Source: a bacterium | GTDB taxonomy: Bacteria > UBA8248 | Direction of reading: 5' to 3' | Length of the DNA stretch: 64,000 nt | Assembly: GCA_965261085.1 (NCBI GenBank) | Contig: OZ253442.1 | Span: forward strand, 896,001 to 960,000 | In this document: positions 51,234-61,247 of the stretch, in pieces | Position numbering within the stretch: position 1 is the stretch's first letter | Layout of the letters: each line of letters starts with the position of its first letter | The notes under the pieces: model-generated | What the model saw: only the letters and a program-made list of their open reading frames with translations | Database searches by the model: none | What the model was told of the DNA's origin: nothing | Translations under genes and position numbers: made by a program

Positions 51234-52742
51234 ATGTCGGGTAGTGTTGTGAAAGTGGCCGAGTTTCCGCTCACCCAGGAAGTGGAGCAGCAATTCATCG
51301 ACGGCAACTGGGTGAAAGGTGATCGCGGCGAGCCGATAGACGTGCTCAATCCCTCGAATAACGAGACGATTTTCCAGTTGTTGCCAGCATCGGATGCGCA
51401 AGTCGATGAGGCCGTCGCCTCTTGCTGGCGGGCGTTTCATGATCCGTCATGGAGCAAGATGCCCGCGCTCGATCGCGGAAAACTCATCACGAAACTCGCG
51501 ACGTTGATGCGCGAGCACGCGGAAACCCTCGCGAGGCTCGAGGCGATCAACACGGGCATCCCCATCCGGGAGAGCCGCCTGGAGTCCGCTTCCTCCGCGC
51601 GCCATTTCGAGTATTTCGCCGGATGGTCCGGAAAAGTGGCGGGCAGCGCGCAACCCCTCATGAACGATCGGCTCATGTATTCGACAAGGGAGCCCTTGGG
51701 CGTCGTGGCCATCATCGTTCCCTGGAATACCCCGCTCAAGCTCATGTCCCGGGGGCTGGCCGCCGCATTGGCCTGCGGGAACACGGTGGTCATCAAACCC
51801 TCCGCCGTCGCACTGGCCTCGGTGCTTTATTTTGGAAAACTCGTTAAAGAAGCCGGCTTCCCGCCGGGGGTGATCAACATTGTCGCGGGCTCGGGACGCT
51901 CGACGGGCGCCAAGCTCGTTGGCCATCCGGACATCAGAAAAATCGTCTTCACCGGCGGCACCGAGGGCGGCCTCGAGGTTCTGGGGCTCGCCGCCAGGAA
52001 CGTCACGCCCGTGTTGGCGGAGTTGGGCGGCAAGGGTCCCATCATCGTTTGTGAGGACGCTGATCTGGATGAAGCCGCCGATGGCGTGATGAGCCAGGTG
52101 TTCGCCCGCCAGGGCGAGGTCTGTTTCGCCGGGACGCGCCTGTTCCTCCCGCGTTCCATCCACGATGCGTTCGTCGAGAAGATTATCGAGCGGGTGGAGG
52201 GGATAAGCGTGGGCGACGCGATGGATGAGGCGACCGACATGGGGCCGCTCATCTCTCCTGGTCATCTCGCAGATGTCGTTGGTTACGTCGAATCGGCTGT
52301 AGAGGACGGGGCGCGCGTCGCCTGCGGGGGCGGCCGCGTGACGCCGGAAGGAGGGCCGGACGGGAATTTCATGAAGCCCACGGTTCTTACCAACGTGAAC
52401 CAGGGCATGAGAGCGGCGTGTGAGGAAATTTTCGGCCCCGTTCTCACTGTCCAGGAGTTCGATTCTCTCGACGATGCGGTCAGGGACGCCAACGCCACGG
52501 ACTTCGGGTTGGCGAGCTACGTCTGGACGAGCGACCTGCGCCGGGCGCATCGCCTCGCTCAGGAGCTTGATTGCGGAAACGTATTCATCAACACCTACCG
52601 CTATGGCTCCGAGATCCCTTTCGGGGGCGTGAAGAAAAGCGGCATCGGCAGAGAGCATGGCGAGGAGGCTCTGCGCGAATACACCCAGATCAAAAGCGTC
52701 TGCATCGGGCTTTCGAGATGGCATTCCTGGAATCGAGACTAG
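51234..52742 (+). CDS. Aldehyde dehydrogenase family protein
   Basis: PWNTP, FTGG, ELGGK, GEVC, EEIFGPV, PFGGVKKSG.GRE. Confidence 0.95.
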   Translation: MSGSVVKVAEFPLTQEVEQQFIDGNWVKGDRGEPIDVLNPSNNETIFQLLPASDAQVDEAVASCWRAFHDPSWSKMPALDRGKLITKLATLMREHAETLARLEAINTGIPIRESRLESASSARHFEYFAGWSGKVAGSAQPLMNDRLMYSTREPLGVVAIIVPWNTPLKLMSRGLAAALACGNTVVIKPSAVALASVLYFGKLVKEAGFPPGVINIVAGSGRSTGAKLVGHPDIRKIVFTGGTEGGLEVLGLAARNVTPVLAELGGKGPIIVCEDADLDEAADGVMSQVFARQGEVCFAGTRLFLPRSIHDAFVEKIIERVEGISVGDAMDEATDMGPLISPGHLADVVGYVESAVEDGARVACGGGRVTPEGGPDGNFMKPTVLTNVNQGMRAACEEIFGPVLTVQEFDSLDDAVRDANATDFGLASYVWTSDLRRAHRLAQELDCGNVFINTYRYGSEIPFGGVKKSGIGREHGEEALREYTQIKSVCIGLSRWHSWNRD

Positions 52743-52808
52743 GACGATCCAATGAATTTCGAGAAACTTACTCTACGCACTTCAAGCGAATTTCAAGGAG
52801 GAATCACC

Positions 52809-53768
52809 ATGAAGAAGTTTTGGCTGGTTTTAGCACTCGCTTTCCTCGTTGCGGGAGCCTCGGCCACATCCGCCTCGGCGGCCTATCCGACGAAGCCTGT
52901 GGAGATGACCATCACCTTCAAGGCCGGCGGCGCTGCGGACATCTCAGGACGCACCGTGGCGAAAGCGGCGGAGAAAGTGTTCGGACAGCCGATAGTCGCC
53001 GTGAACCGCCCGGGAGCCGGTGGAACAATCGGCTTCGCCTACGTCAAGACCGCGCCGCCCAGCGGATACAAGATCGGCTGGCTTTCGGCCTCGATTCTGA
53101 CCGGCACGAACATGGGGAAGCTGCCCTATGATTACCGCGCCTGGGATTATGTTTCCCGCGTGGTGTTCGAGGCGACCGCCATCGTCGTCCGGGGCGATTC
53201 CCCCTATAAATCGCTTCCCGAACTCGTGAAGGCGGCCAAATCGAAGACGCTCAACATCGGAAGCGCCGGCGCCGGCAGTTTTACGAGGCTCACGGCTTCG
53301 GCGCTGGCGAAAAAGGCGGGTTTCAAGTTCCGTCACATCCCCCTAGGCAAACGCCGCGTGCCCAGCCTCCTGGGTGGGGAGGTCGATGCGATTTCCGTCC
53401 ATCCGCCCGAGGTGCTGGCCCTGCACAAGGCGGGCAAAGTCCGCATGCTGGCCGTTTCTTTCCCGAAGCGCCATCCGGCCTACCCGAAGGTTCCCCTGTT
53501 CAGTGAACATGGGTGGGACGTCGGTTTCTATCAGTTCCGGGGTCTGCACGTTCCCAAGGGAACGCCCGCCGAAGCGGTTCAGAAGATCCACAAGGCTTTC
53601 GAGGCGGCTGCCAAGGATCCCAAAGTCCTGGCCACCGCCGAGAAAAGTGGTTTCTTGGTCTCCTACATGGGGCCGGACAAATTCCCGGCCTTCGTGGCCA
53701 AGCAGAACGCTCTGATCAAGGAGATCGTCGTTTCGCTGGGTCTGGATAAGAAGAAAAAGAAGAAATAA
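52809..53768 (+). CDS. tctC: Second TTT substrate-binding protein
   Basis: YPTKPV...FKAGGAAD, NRPGAGG, LLGGEVD, VPKGTP. Confidence 0.9.
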   Translation: MKKFWLVLALAFLVAGASATSASAAYPTKPVEMTITFKAGGAADISGRTVAKAAEKVFGQPIVAVNRPGAGGTIGFAYVKTAPPSGYKIGWLSASILTGTNMGKLPYDYRAWDYVSRVVFEATAIVVRGDSPYKSLPELVKAAKSKTLNIGSAGAGSFTRLTASALAKKAGFKFRHIPLGKRRVPSLLGGEVDAISVHPPEVLALHKAGKVRMLAVSFPKRHPAYPKVPLFSEHGWDVGFYQFRGLHVPKGTPAEAVQKIHKAFEAAAKDPKVLATAEKSGFLVSYMGPDKFPAFVAKQNALIKEIVVSLGLDKKKKKK

Positions 53769-53816
53769 ACTTCTGAATCGTACCGAGGGTGAAAAGCCAC
53801 AAGGGAACCGGCGTTC

Positions 53817-54302
53817 ATGACGGAGGAGAATGAAAAAATCAGAAGCAATGTCGGACGCCTCGTCGCTCCGATCCTTCTGGTGGTTTTTTGCATCTGGTAT
53901 GGTTCGATTATTCTGGAGTTGCCCCAGGGGCCGGGGTCAGAAGGTCCCCTGGGGCCTTCTTTTGTTCCCTGGCTGTGGGTATCGTTCCTTGTCGTTCTGA
54001 CACTGGTCGATATCGGAACGGACTACCTCGGCGCGCCTCGGGAGAAAGCGCGCGTCGTTATCGAGAGAAAAAGCATTCTCGACGCCTTGACCCTCTGCCT
54101 CTTGATGGCGGGCTTCGCACTCCTGATGCAATACATCGGTTTTTCCGCCGCAGTCGTGGTGTTTCTCGCCATCGCCATCTGGTGGAGCGGAATCCGCGCC
54201 CTGAAAATCATCATCCCCTACGCCGTCATCTTCGCCCTGGTGGTGAACTATGTTTTTCACCGCGTTCTCCAGGTGCCCTTGCCCCAGGACTGGCTCTTCT
54301 AA
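53817..54302 (+). CDS. tctB: Second TTT small permease
   Basis: LGPSFVP, IGF, VLQVPLP. Confidence 0.85.
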   Translation: MTEENEKIRSNVGRLVAPILLVVFCIWYGSIILELPQGPGSEGPLGPSFVPWLWVSFLVVLTLVDIGTDYLGAPREKARVVIERKSILDALTLCLLMAGFALLMQYIGFSAAVVVFLAIAIWWSGIRALKIIIPYAVIFALVVNYVFHRVLQVPLPQDWLF

Positions 54303-54303
54303 G

Positions 54304-55794
54304 ATGGATCTCCTGGCGGACGGCCTCGTCCAGGCCCTGGCGTGGAAGCCTTTTTTGTTCGCCGTTCTGGGAAGTTTTCTGGGTATCGTATTCGCGGCCA
54401 TTCCGGGCCTCACGGTGAGCATGGGCATCATTCTCCTGCTGCCTTTCACCTTTCACATGGCGAGCGTCACGTCGATGAGCCTTCTGGTGGGGGTTTTCGT
54501 CGGCGGAATGACGGGAGGAAGCATCTCGGCCATTCTGCTCAACATTCCCGGCAATCCCGCCGCCATCGTCACGAGTCTGGACGGACACCCCCTCGCCCGG
54601 AAGGGCCGGGCCGGGGTCGCGCTGGGCGTGGCTTTTTTCTCGAGCTTTTTCGGAGGGTTGTTCAGCCTCGTCTGCCTGGTGACCATAGCGCCTCAACTGG
54701 CGGATTTCGCCCTGAAATTCGGCGCGCCCGAACTGGCGTCGCTGGTATTGCTGGGGCTTTGCCTCATCTGTGGATTCGCTCAAACCTCGATGAGCAAGGC
54801 GCTCATCTCGGGCGTGCTGGGCTTGAGTTTTTCCACCGTCGGCATGGACCCCATCGATTCGATACCGCGCTTCACGTTTTCCGTCGTACAGATTCAGCAG
54901 GGGGTTTCTTTTCTGCCTGTGATGATAGGGCTTTTCGCGGTGCCCGAGATCATTTCGGGCATGCGCGGCTCCGCCGTCTCTTTGCCGGATTTCTCCACGC
55001 GCCTGCGCGATTTGCTGCCCTCGCCGGGAATCTTCGTCGGTCTCTGGAAGACGCTCGCGCAATCCTCTCTCATCGGGACAACCATCGGGCTGCTGCCTGG
55101 TACGGGAAGCGCCGTCGCCGCCGTGCTGAGCTACAACACGGCGCAGCGCCGCTCGCCTGAACCCGAATCGTTCGGGAAGGGAAAGCTAGAGGGGGTATCC
55201 GCGCCCGAGGCCGCCAACAGCGCCATGACCGGCGGCGCGATGATTCCGATGCTCACGCTGGGGATTCCCGGCGACCCCGTGACCGCCGTGATGCTCGGCG
55301 CGCTCACCATCCAGGGGCTCGCTCCGGGACCTCTCCTGTTCGAGAGCCACGGCGGTTTCGTGTATTCGATATTCGGGTCTTTTCTCATCGCCTTGTTCCT
55401 GACCATCATCATCGCCCTGCTCGGCATACGCTTGTTCGTCCAGGTGTTGCGCGTGCCTTCGGGGCTTCTTTTTCCGAGCATCGCAGTGTTCTGCGTCATC
55501 GGGGCGTTCGCGCTCCAGAACAGCTTTTTCGACGTATTCCTGATGATTGGTTTCGGGCTGCTCGGCTTTTTCATGCAGAAATTCAACTATCCGATCATGC
55601 CGTTGCTGCTGGCGATCATCCTGGGCCCGGTTTTTGAGAAAAACGCCAGAATGTCGCTCATCCTCTCGGACGGCGACCCCGGCATTTTCTTTCGCAAGCC
55701 GATAAGCCTGGTATTTCTGGTCTTGGGCTTGGTCTATCTCATCAGCGTTTTTCTGAAAAGAACTTCTCTATGGAAGAAACAGGGTTCCACCTGA
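54304..55794 (+). CDS. tctA: Second TTT large permease
   Basis: AIPGL, NIPGNP, DGHPL, APEAANS, TLGIPGD. Confidence 0.92.
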   Translation: MDLLADGLVQALAWKPFLFAVLGSFLGIVFAAIPGLTVSMGIILLLPFTFHMASVTSMSLLVGVFVGGMTGGSISAILLNIPGNPAAIVTSLDGHPLARKGRAGVALGVAFFSSFFGGLFSLVCLVTIAPQLADFALKFGAPELASLVLLGLCLICGFAQTSMSKALISGVLGLSFSTVGMDPIDSIPRFTFSVVQIQQGVSFLPVMIGLFAVPEIISGMRGSAVSLPDFSTRLRDLLPSPGIFVGLWKTLAQSSLIGTTIGLLPGTGSAVAAVLSYNTAQRRSPEPESFGKGKLEGVSAPEAANSAMTGGAMIPMLTLGIPGDPVTAVMLGALTIQGLAPGPLLFESHGGFVYSIFGSFLIALFLTIIIALLGIRLFVQVLRVPSGLLFPSIAVFCVIGAFALQNSFFDVFLMIGFGLLGFFMQKFNYPIMPLLLAIILGPVFEKNARMSLILSDGDPGIFFRKPISLVFLVLGLVYLISVFLKRTSLWKKQGST

Positions 55795-55835
55795 TCAGCC
55801 ATTTCATTTCGCCGTACGGAGGGAGGCATCGAACC

Positions 55836-56972
55836 ATGAAACGAAGCACCGAAAGAATACTCACGACCCACACGGGGAGCCTGCCGCGTCCCCAGGAAGT
55901 AGTCGATTTGTTGTTGGCCCAGGAGGAAGGCGGCGCGGATTCGGGTGATCTCGATGCCGCCGTGGCGCGCGCGATAGAAGACGTCGTGGAAAAACAGGCG
56001 GCGGCGGGGGTCGACGTGATCAACGACGGCGAGCAGGCCAGGCCCGATTACACCAGCCACGTCAAGGACAGGCTGACGGGCTACGAGGGGCCGAGCTCGC
56101 CCCCGCTTGGCACGGGCGAAGAGGGTTTCCCCGAATTGTCCGAGATACTCTCTCAATTCGCCTCTCCGCTTCAGAACCGTCCGGCCTGCTCCGGCCCCGT
56201 GGCGTGGAAGGACTGGCCCGCCGCCCAGGTGGACATCGAGCGCGCGAAGAGCGCCCTCGGCCGCGCCGATACGGAGGAGGCGTTCATGACCTCCCCTTCG
56301 CCGGGGCAGATTTCACGCTATCTGAGAAACCTCCACTACCCGAGCGAGGAGGAATACATATTCGCGCTCGCAGACGTGATGCGCCGCGAATACGAGGCCA
56401 TCGTGGATGCGGGCCTGCTCTTGCAACTCGACTGCCCCGACCTCGCCTTGAGCCGCCATACCGTGTTTCGAGATTTGAGCCTTGCGGATTTTCGCAAGGA
56501 AATCGAGATGCACGTCGAAGCCCTGAACCACTCGGTGCGTAATATCACGCCCGAGCGCATGCGCATGCACATCTGCTGGGGCAGCACGCTGGGGCCGCAC
56601 CATGAGGACGTTCCGCTCAAGGACATCATCGACGTCGTGCTCAAAGGACGCCCCTGCGCGGTGTCGTTTCCCGGCGCGAACCCCCGCCACGGCCATGAGT
56701 GGAAGGTGTGGCGCGATGTCGACTTGCCCGAGGGCAAGAGCATCATCCCCGGCGTAATCGATTCGACGTCCAACTTCGTGGAGCATCCCGAGCTGGTGGC
56801 GGAGCGCATCGTGAATTACGCCGAGGCTGTGGGGCGCGAGAACGTGATAGCCGGGGTCGATTGCGGTTTCGGCACCTTCGCCGGCCGCGTACAGGTGGAT
56901 CGCCGCATCGTGTGGATGAAAATGGCTACCCTCGCCGAGGGCGCGGCCCTGGCGTCTGAAACACTCTGGTAG
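55836..56972 (+). CDS. Cobalamin-independent methionine synthase II (MetE C-terminal) family protein
   Basis: TTHTGSLPRP, NDGE, LQLDCPDLA, HICWG, PGVID, DCGF. Confidence 0.9.
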   Translation: MKRSTERILTTHTGSLPRPQEVVDLLLAQEEGGADSGDLDAAVARAIEDVVEKQAAAGVDVINDGEQARPDYTSHVKDRLTGYEGPSSPPLGTGEEGFPELSEILSQFASPLQNRPACSGPVAWKDWPAAQVDIERAKSALGRADTEEAFMTSPSPGQISRYLRNLHYPSEEEYIFALADVMRREYEAIVDAGLLLQLDCPDLALSRHTVFRDLSLADFRKEIEMHVEALNHSVRNITPERMRMHICWGSTLGPHHEDVPLKDIIDVVLKGRPCAVSFPGANPRHGHEWKVWRDVDLPEGKSIIPGVIDSTSNFVEHPELVAERIVNYAEAVGRENVIAGVDCGFGTFAGRVQVDRRIVWMKMATLAEGAALASETLW

Positions 56973-56991
56973 GGCGGTTCCAGGAGACGGC

Positions 56992-58380
56992 CTATTCTCC
57001 CGCCACGGTGAGGCGGATGAGTTTTTCCGCTTTCTCCTCCGCATCCAGGGCGCGGCAGGTTTCGATGATTTGCGTGTAGCGCGACTCCGGTATCGGGAGG
57101 CCTGCGGCGATGCCCCCGGTGCGGTTCGCGAGTTCATCGAAGCTGAAGATGAACTCGCGCCCGGTGGCCTGTTTGGTGAAGACTCCACGCTCTTTCGTGT
57201 AGATGCTCACCTTGGGAGCGAAAAGGTCCATCTCGCGTGAGGGGATGATTCTCACGCGATCCATCATCTCGAGCACCTCGGGCGGGTCGTCTTCGCCGGG
57301 GGGCTTGTTCAGCAGCGGATAGCCGCGCTTCACGACGCCGAAGGCCGCGTAGTAATGCGTGCCGCCCGGACGCGCCGCGCCGTCCTCCCGCCGGTTCGCG
57401 AAGGCTGGGCTCGGGTATTGCGTCTCCAGCCAGTTCACGAGAGTCTCCACGCGCTCGACCTCCTCGGGGCGGATGTCGTTCTCCTCGCAGAGCTTCGCCG
57501 TCACGTCGATGTGCGCCAAGTTGTAGCCAGAGGTGGTATAGATACGAAACAGCGTTTCGAGGAAGAGCCACTCCTCCCCCAATCCTTCGGTGATTTTACC
57601 TAAGCTCGTTCTCGTATCGCCCGTGAAACTGTAGGTCAAGCGGCCCTCGTTGTTTCCGGCGTAGGCGTGGTAGAAACCGGCTTCGCCTTCGAGCACCGTC
57701 TCCCCGCCGACGTGGCCCCGCTCGGCCAGCGCCGCCGCGAGGAGGGCGTTTCGCACCGCCGCGCCCTCTCTTAACGCCTGTCCCCCGCTTCGAGGGCCTT
57801 CGAGGTTTCCGCTCGCGAGACTCGCACAAAGCGCGATGGCGCTGTTCAACTGCTCCTCGTTCAAGCGCATGATTTTCGCAGCGGCGACGGCGGCCCCGAA
57901 AATCCCGAAAACGGAACCCGCATGAAAACCGCGCGACATCACCGTGGGGATGAAGTCGGACGCCAAGCGCTCCATGACCTCATAGCCCGCGGCGATTCCC
58001 GTCAGAAAATCCGCCCCCGAGGCGCCCCGTGTTTCCGCAGAGGCCAAGGCGGCGGGCACGATGCCGGCGCCCGGATGGGTGAGCATGCGGAACGTGTCCC
58101 ACTTGCCTCCCGCCAGGGCCATCTCGGAGTTCGCAAACGCGGCGCCCCCTTTCGTCGCCCTGGCCCCGCTCACCATGATGGTCGCGCCGCCGTGAACGCC
58201 CGCTTCCTCCTCGGTGATGAGCGCGACGGCTCTTTGCCCGTCTTCGGTTCTTGATCCCAAAAGAGCGGAGCCGATGGCTTGTAAGGTGACGCCCTTGGCG
58301 CGATCGACGACTTCGGGCGGCAGATCCTCGAAGCGAAGCCCCGCCGCCCACCTTGCGAGCCTGCGGCTTAAGGACGCCAT
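56992..58380 (-). CDS. MmgE/PrpD family protein
   Basis: L.FEDLPPEVV, AAFANS, THPG, IAAGYE, RGFH, LEGEAGF. Confidence 0.88.
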   Translation of the reverse strand: MASLSRRLARWAAGLRFEDLPPEVVDRAKGVTLQAIGSALLGSRTEDGQRAVALITEEEAGVHGGATIMVSGARATKGGAAFANSEMALAGGKWDTFRMLTHPGAGIVPAALASAETRGASGADFLTGIAAGYEVMERLASDFIPTVMSRGFHAGSVFGIFGAAVAAAKIMRLNEEQLNSAIALCASLASGNLEGPRSGGQALREGAAVRNALLAAALAERGHVGGETVLEGEAGFYHAYAGNNEGRLTYSFTGDTRTSLGKITEGLGEEWLFLETLFRIYTTSGYNLAHIDVTAKLCEENDIRPEEVERVETLVNWLETQYPSPAFANRREDGAARPGGTHYYAAFGVVKRGYPLLNKPPGEDDPPEVLEMMDRVRIIPSREMDLFAPKVSIYTKERGVFTKQATGREFIFSFDELANRTGGIAAGLPIPESRYTQIIETCRALDAEEKAEKLIRLTVAGE

Positions 58381-58676
58381 TTTGAACACCTCCTGGAAAG
58401 CGCGGGGTGTCTTCGCGCCGCCGCGCTGCGCATCTTCGGGGTGAGCCGCTGCCTGTTGGATGAAGGTTTGATGATGTGAGTGATGTCCATAAAAAGGCCA
58501 ATCCTCGAAACATGGGCGAAACAAAACAGAAACGACAATTTAACCGAACTGCAAGATTCCCGTAAAGAAACCCCTCTATATTTCTATCCTGTCAACGGAG
58601 ATTATAAGTGTTCATTTTATTTTCCGGCCGCACGAGGCGGCCGTTGTAACGAATATATGAAAGAGAGATTGGAAGA

Positions 58677-58847
58677 ATGAAGAGCAAGAAGTTGATGGGC
58701 GCGGAAAAATTATCTCGCAGGAAGTTCCTGAAAAAAGCGGGAGCAGTGGGCCTCGTGGCGCCCGAACCCTGGAGCAAGCACACGAGTCCGGACAAGAGCT
58801 GTGACTGGGTAAATCACCAGGGAACATATATGAAGACGACGACCTAG
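58677..58847 (+). pseudogene. Remnant of a Tat-exported substrate-binding protein, probably urea-binding UrtA (N-terminus fused to C-terminus)
   Basis: 56 codons: SRRKFLK twin-Arg motif joined to GLVAPEPWSKHTSPDKSCDWVNHQGTY, which resembles UrtA C-termini as I recall them. Confidence 0.55.
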
Positions 58848-58954
58848 TCGCAAGAACCGCCCAGGGGAAGCCGAACCTGGCTTCCCCATGGGCGGCCCAA
58901 AAAAGAATACGTGAATCGCGCAAATACCGGCCGGAATACGGCGAAGGAGGGGGT

Positions 58955-59411
58955 ATGCAGCAAGCCGGCGGCGATTCCGCGTGGGAGCATCGCCGGGATT
59001 ATTTATTTCTCGCGTCCTTATTCTGGTTTTCGTGCTTGGCTTTGGCTTGGCGGCAAGAGGAGAAGCGCAAACCGAAACGTTTTCACCGGCAATCCAGGCG
59101 GAAGTCGCACAACCAGGATCGAAGAATCGAAAGAAAAGAAGACGCGCTGCCCTCAGTCTCGCGAAGCGCCTCGAGCCAAAGCTGCTACCCCTTCTTTTGG
59201 CGCTTCGCGAGGGCAGCCTTTATCAGTGGCAGCCTGGATCGGGCGGAGAGCGGGTCTGGCGGGCGGCTGCACGCGGCTCACAGGCCCCGGCGCGCTGGTC
59301 CGCTGGCTGGCGGATTCGCCCGAAGTCTTAAGGAAGACGTATTTCGAAATCTGGAACGTCGCCAGAAAAACGCTTTTCGACCGAGAGGCGACGCCGCTCA
59401 GGAAGTTCTGA
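58955..59411 (+). pseudogene. Chimeric remnant: UrtB-like N-terminus joined out of frame to a UreD-like C-terminus
   Basis: Signal peptide plus LLPLLLALREGSLY (frame of 58981) up to about 59230; then GGCTRL..GALVRWLADSPEVLR...IWNVARKTL...PLRKF* ending 59411. Confidence 0.5.
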
Positions 59412-59443
59412 GGGGGAGGCGGTGCGCGTTTTCCTTCCCCTAA

Positions 59444-59728
59444 GGGGCTGTTGAAAAAGTCCCCCAAAAACAGGGAATGAATTTCTCAATCGACATATGC
59501 TTATGAAATGACTCCCCCCTTGAGGGGGAGTCGGCAATGCGAGGACAGAGTCCGAAGCTGCGCCGGTGGGGGGAGCTTTTATTTTAGAAGCATACCCCTC
59601 ACCGCATCAGCCTTCGCGCAAAAAACGCTCGGCTTCTGCGACTCCCCCTCAAGGGGGAGTCATGTCTCCTACCTCTCCAGTCGGCTCCATACGCTGAATC
59701 ACGAAATCATAACTTTTTCAACAGCCCC
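59444..59728. mobile_element. Complete 285-bp MITE with IS1182-like TIRs carrying an ACTCCCCC-type REPIN
   Basis: GGGGCTGTTGAAAAAGT ... ACTTTTTCAACAGCCCC (17/17); flanks CCTAA/CCAAA. Confidence 0.88.
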
Positions 59729-59732
59729 CCAA

Positions 59733-59758
59733 AGGGCGGTTCGCGAACCGCCCCCTGC
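59733..59758. repeat. GTAG-type REP palindrome
   Basis: GGGCGGTTCGCGAACCGCCCC; relatives at 37369-37393, 62317-62386, 62582-62607, about 34058-34083 and about 33765-33782. Confidence 0.7.
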
Positions 59759-59948
59759 AAAAAGGGCGGGTCGCAAAAATGTGACCCGAGGCCTCGTGTA
59801 TGAGAAATGGTGTTTTTTTTCATTCCGGCGGAGGCTGGTGACAACCGACAGGTTGGCCAGAACCGATGAAGGGGGATATTTTCCGGCATTTCATTACGTC
59901 TTTGATCGAGCGGGTTTTCACCGGGTTCGACGGCGGAAAGAACGAGGT

Positions 59949-60908
59949 CTATTCGACGCGCTGCCTCTTCGCGCCGAAAGAGCCCACGATTTCGCCGCGT
60001 TCGAAGACACCCACGACGCCGGCATGGCCCTCTCCGACGAAGCGGCCCTGAATGTAGTCATTGCTTCCGGTCGGCTTTTCCCCGAATGCGCCGCCGTGGA
60101 GCGAGACGTTCTCCCAAGGCGGGATACTCCCGCCATCTAGCTTGGCGCCGGTTCCGAGAGCTTCAAGATTGTCGAAAACGATGTCAACGTCCAGATTGGC
60201 GAAGTCGTCGATGACGAGCGTCGCATCGCCTTGCACGAACTGGCCGCGGGTCACGAAATCGCTGACGTCCACGCCGATCATCACCCCTTTCCATGTGGCG
60301 GACATGCCCTGCGCGGCCGTCGGCGCCGTGGCGCTCGCCACGCCGAGGGCGCTTGAGTCGAAGACGTCGCCGGGTCCGATGGGCCGGCCCTGCCCGTCCC
60401 TGATCGTCAGGGTGGTCCGGTTGACGAAGAAAGCTCCCTCGTCGAGCCAACCGCCGTAGAACCTTGCGCTGAACGCCCTTTCATCGGTGCGCTGGCCGAA
60501 GCCTTCCACGAGAGGGATGCTGCGGACGGTTTCGGTCTGTGGCTTGAGCGTCAAGGAATCCTTCAGGCGCTCGGCGAAATGTTTACTTCCGAAGTCGGAT
60601 TCGGGGTCGTCGAGAGCGCGCTCCAGCGCAGCTTCCAGACCCTCGGGAGCCGGGCTTACGCCGCAGACCGCGCCTTCACACTTGGTAAAGGTGAGCGACG
60701 ATGCTCCATCGAATCGAAACACGTGCTGATCGCTTGCAAGCGTCGTGGTGGCGGATTCCACTCTTGCGAGTGTGCCGAGCTTGACCTGCTCCACCGTCCG
60801 TGCGGTATCGAACTCCATCCACGCCATGTTCTCCTGATTCCCGGCGCTGCAACCGGAAAGAACAAGCATCGCGGCTATCGCAATCAACGTGGTTATGGTG
60901 CGCATCAT
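59949..60908 (-). CDS. Lipoprotein with transferrin-binding-protein-like C-terminal beta-barrel
   Basis: LSGC lipobox; SATWKGVMIG, IQGRFVGEGHAGVVGVFE...IVGSFGAKR C-terminus. Confidence 0.7.
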   Translation of the reverse strand: MMRTITTLIAIAAMLVLSGCSAGNQENMAWMEFDTARTVEQVKLGTLARVESATTTLASDQHVFRFDGASSLTFTKCEGAVCGVSPAPEGLEAALERALDDPESDFGSKHFAERLKDSLTLKPQTETVRSIPLVEGFGQRTDERAFSARFYGGWLDEGAFFVNRTTLTIRDGQGRPIGPGDVFDSSALGVASATAPTAAQGMSATWKGVMIGVDVSDFVTRGQFVQGDATLVIDDFANLDVDIVFDNLEALGTGAKLDGGSIPPWENVSLHGGAFGEKPTGSNDYIQGRFVGEGHAGVVGVFERGEIVGSFGAKRQRVE

Positions 60909-61160
60909 CCGGTTCCCCTTGAATTTACTCTACTCGGCGGCCGTTCGCGTTTTCGGACCGCCTCCGTCACGGGGGCGCGCTCTCGTTCCGGGGCGCATCG
61001 CCCGGAGAGGAGACGGTGGGCAAGAGCGGACCACGAACACTGAACATGCCGTACCCGTCCGGGGCAGGTCTCGCCCCGGCCCTTGATGAAATTATACGGA
61101 GTTTCGTCGGGGATTTCACGAAAAATGAATTGCCCGCGCACAGGGGTGGCTCTCTAGCTG

Positions 61161-61200
61161 CGCCTGCCCCTAGAGTGGGCCGAAATCGGGCGGGGGTATG
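61161..61200 (-). repeat. 40-bp direct repeat of the amidase 3' end (partner at 62670-62709)
   Basis: 38/40 identical; both copies encode IPPPDFGPL*. Confidence 0.9.
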
Positions 61201-61247
61201 AAGCGCGTCGGCCGCTCTGCGGTACGAAAGTATTTGTAAGCCATCAC

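Noticed and set aside
55836-56972. Calling this gene metE or an epoxyalkane:CoM transferase
   Set aside because: Only family-level motifs are visible, and no methionine or alkene/CoM pathway genes are nearby
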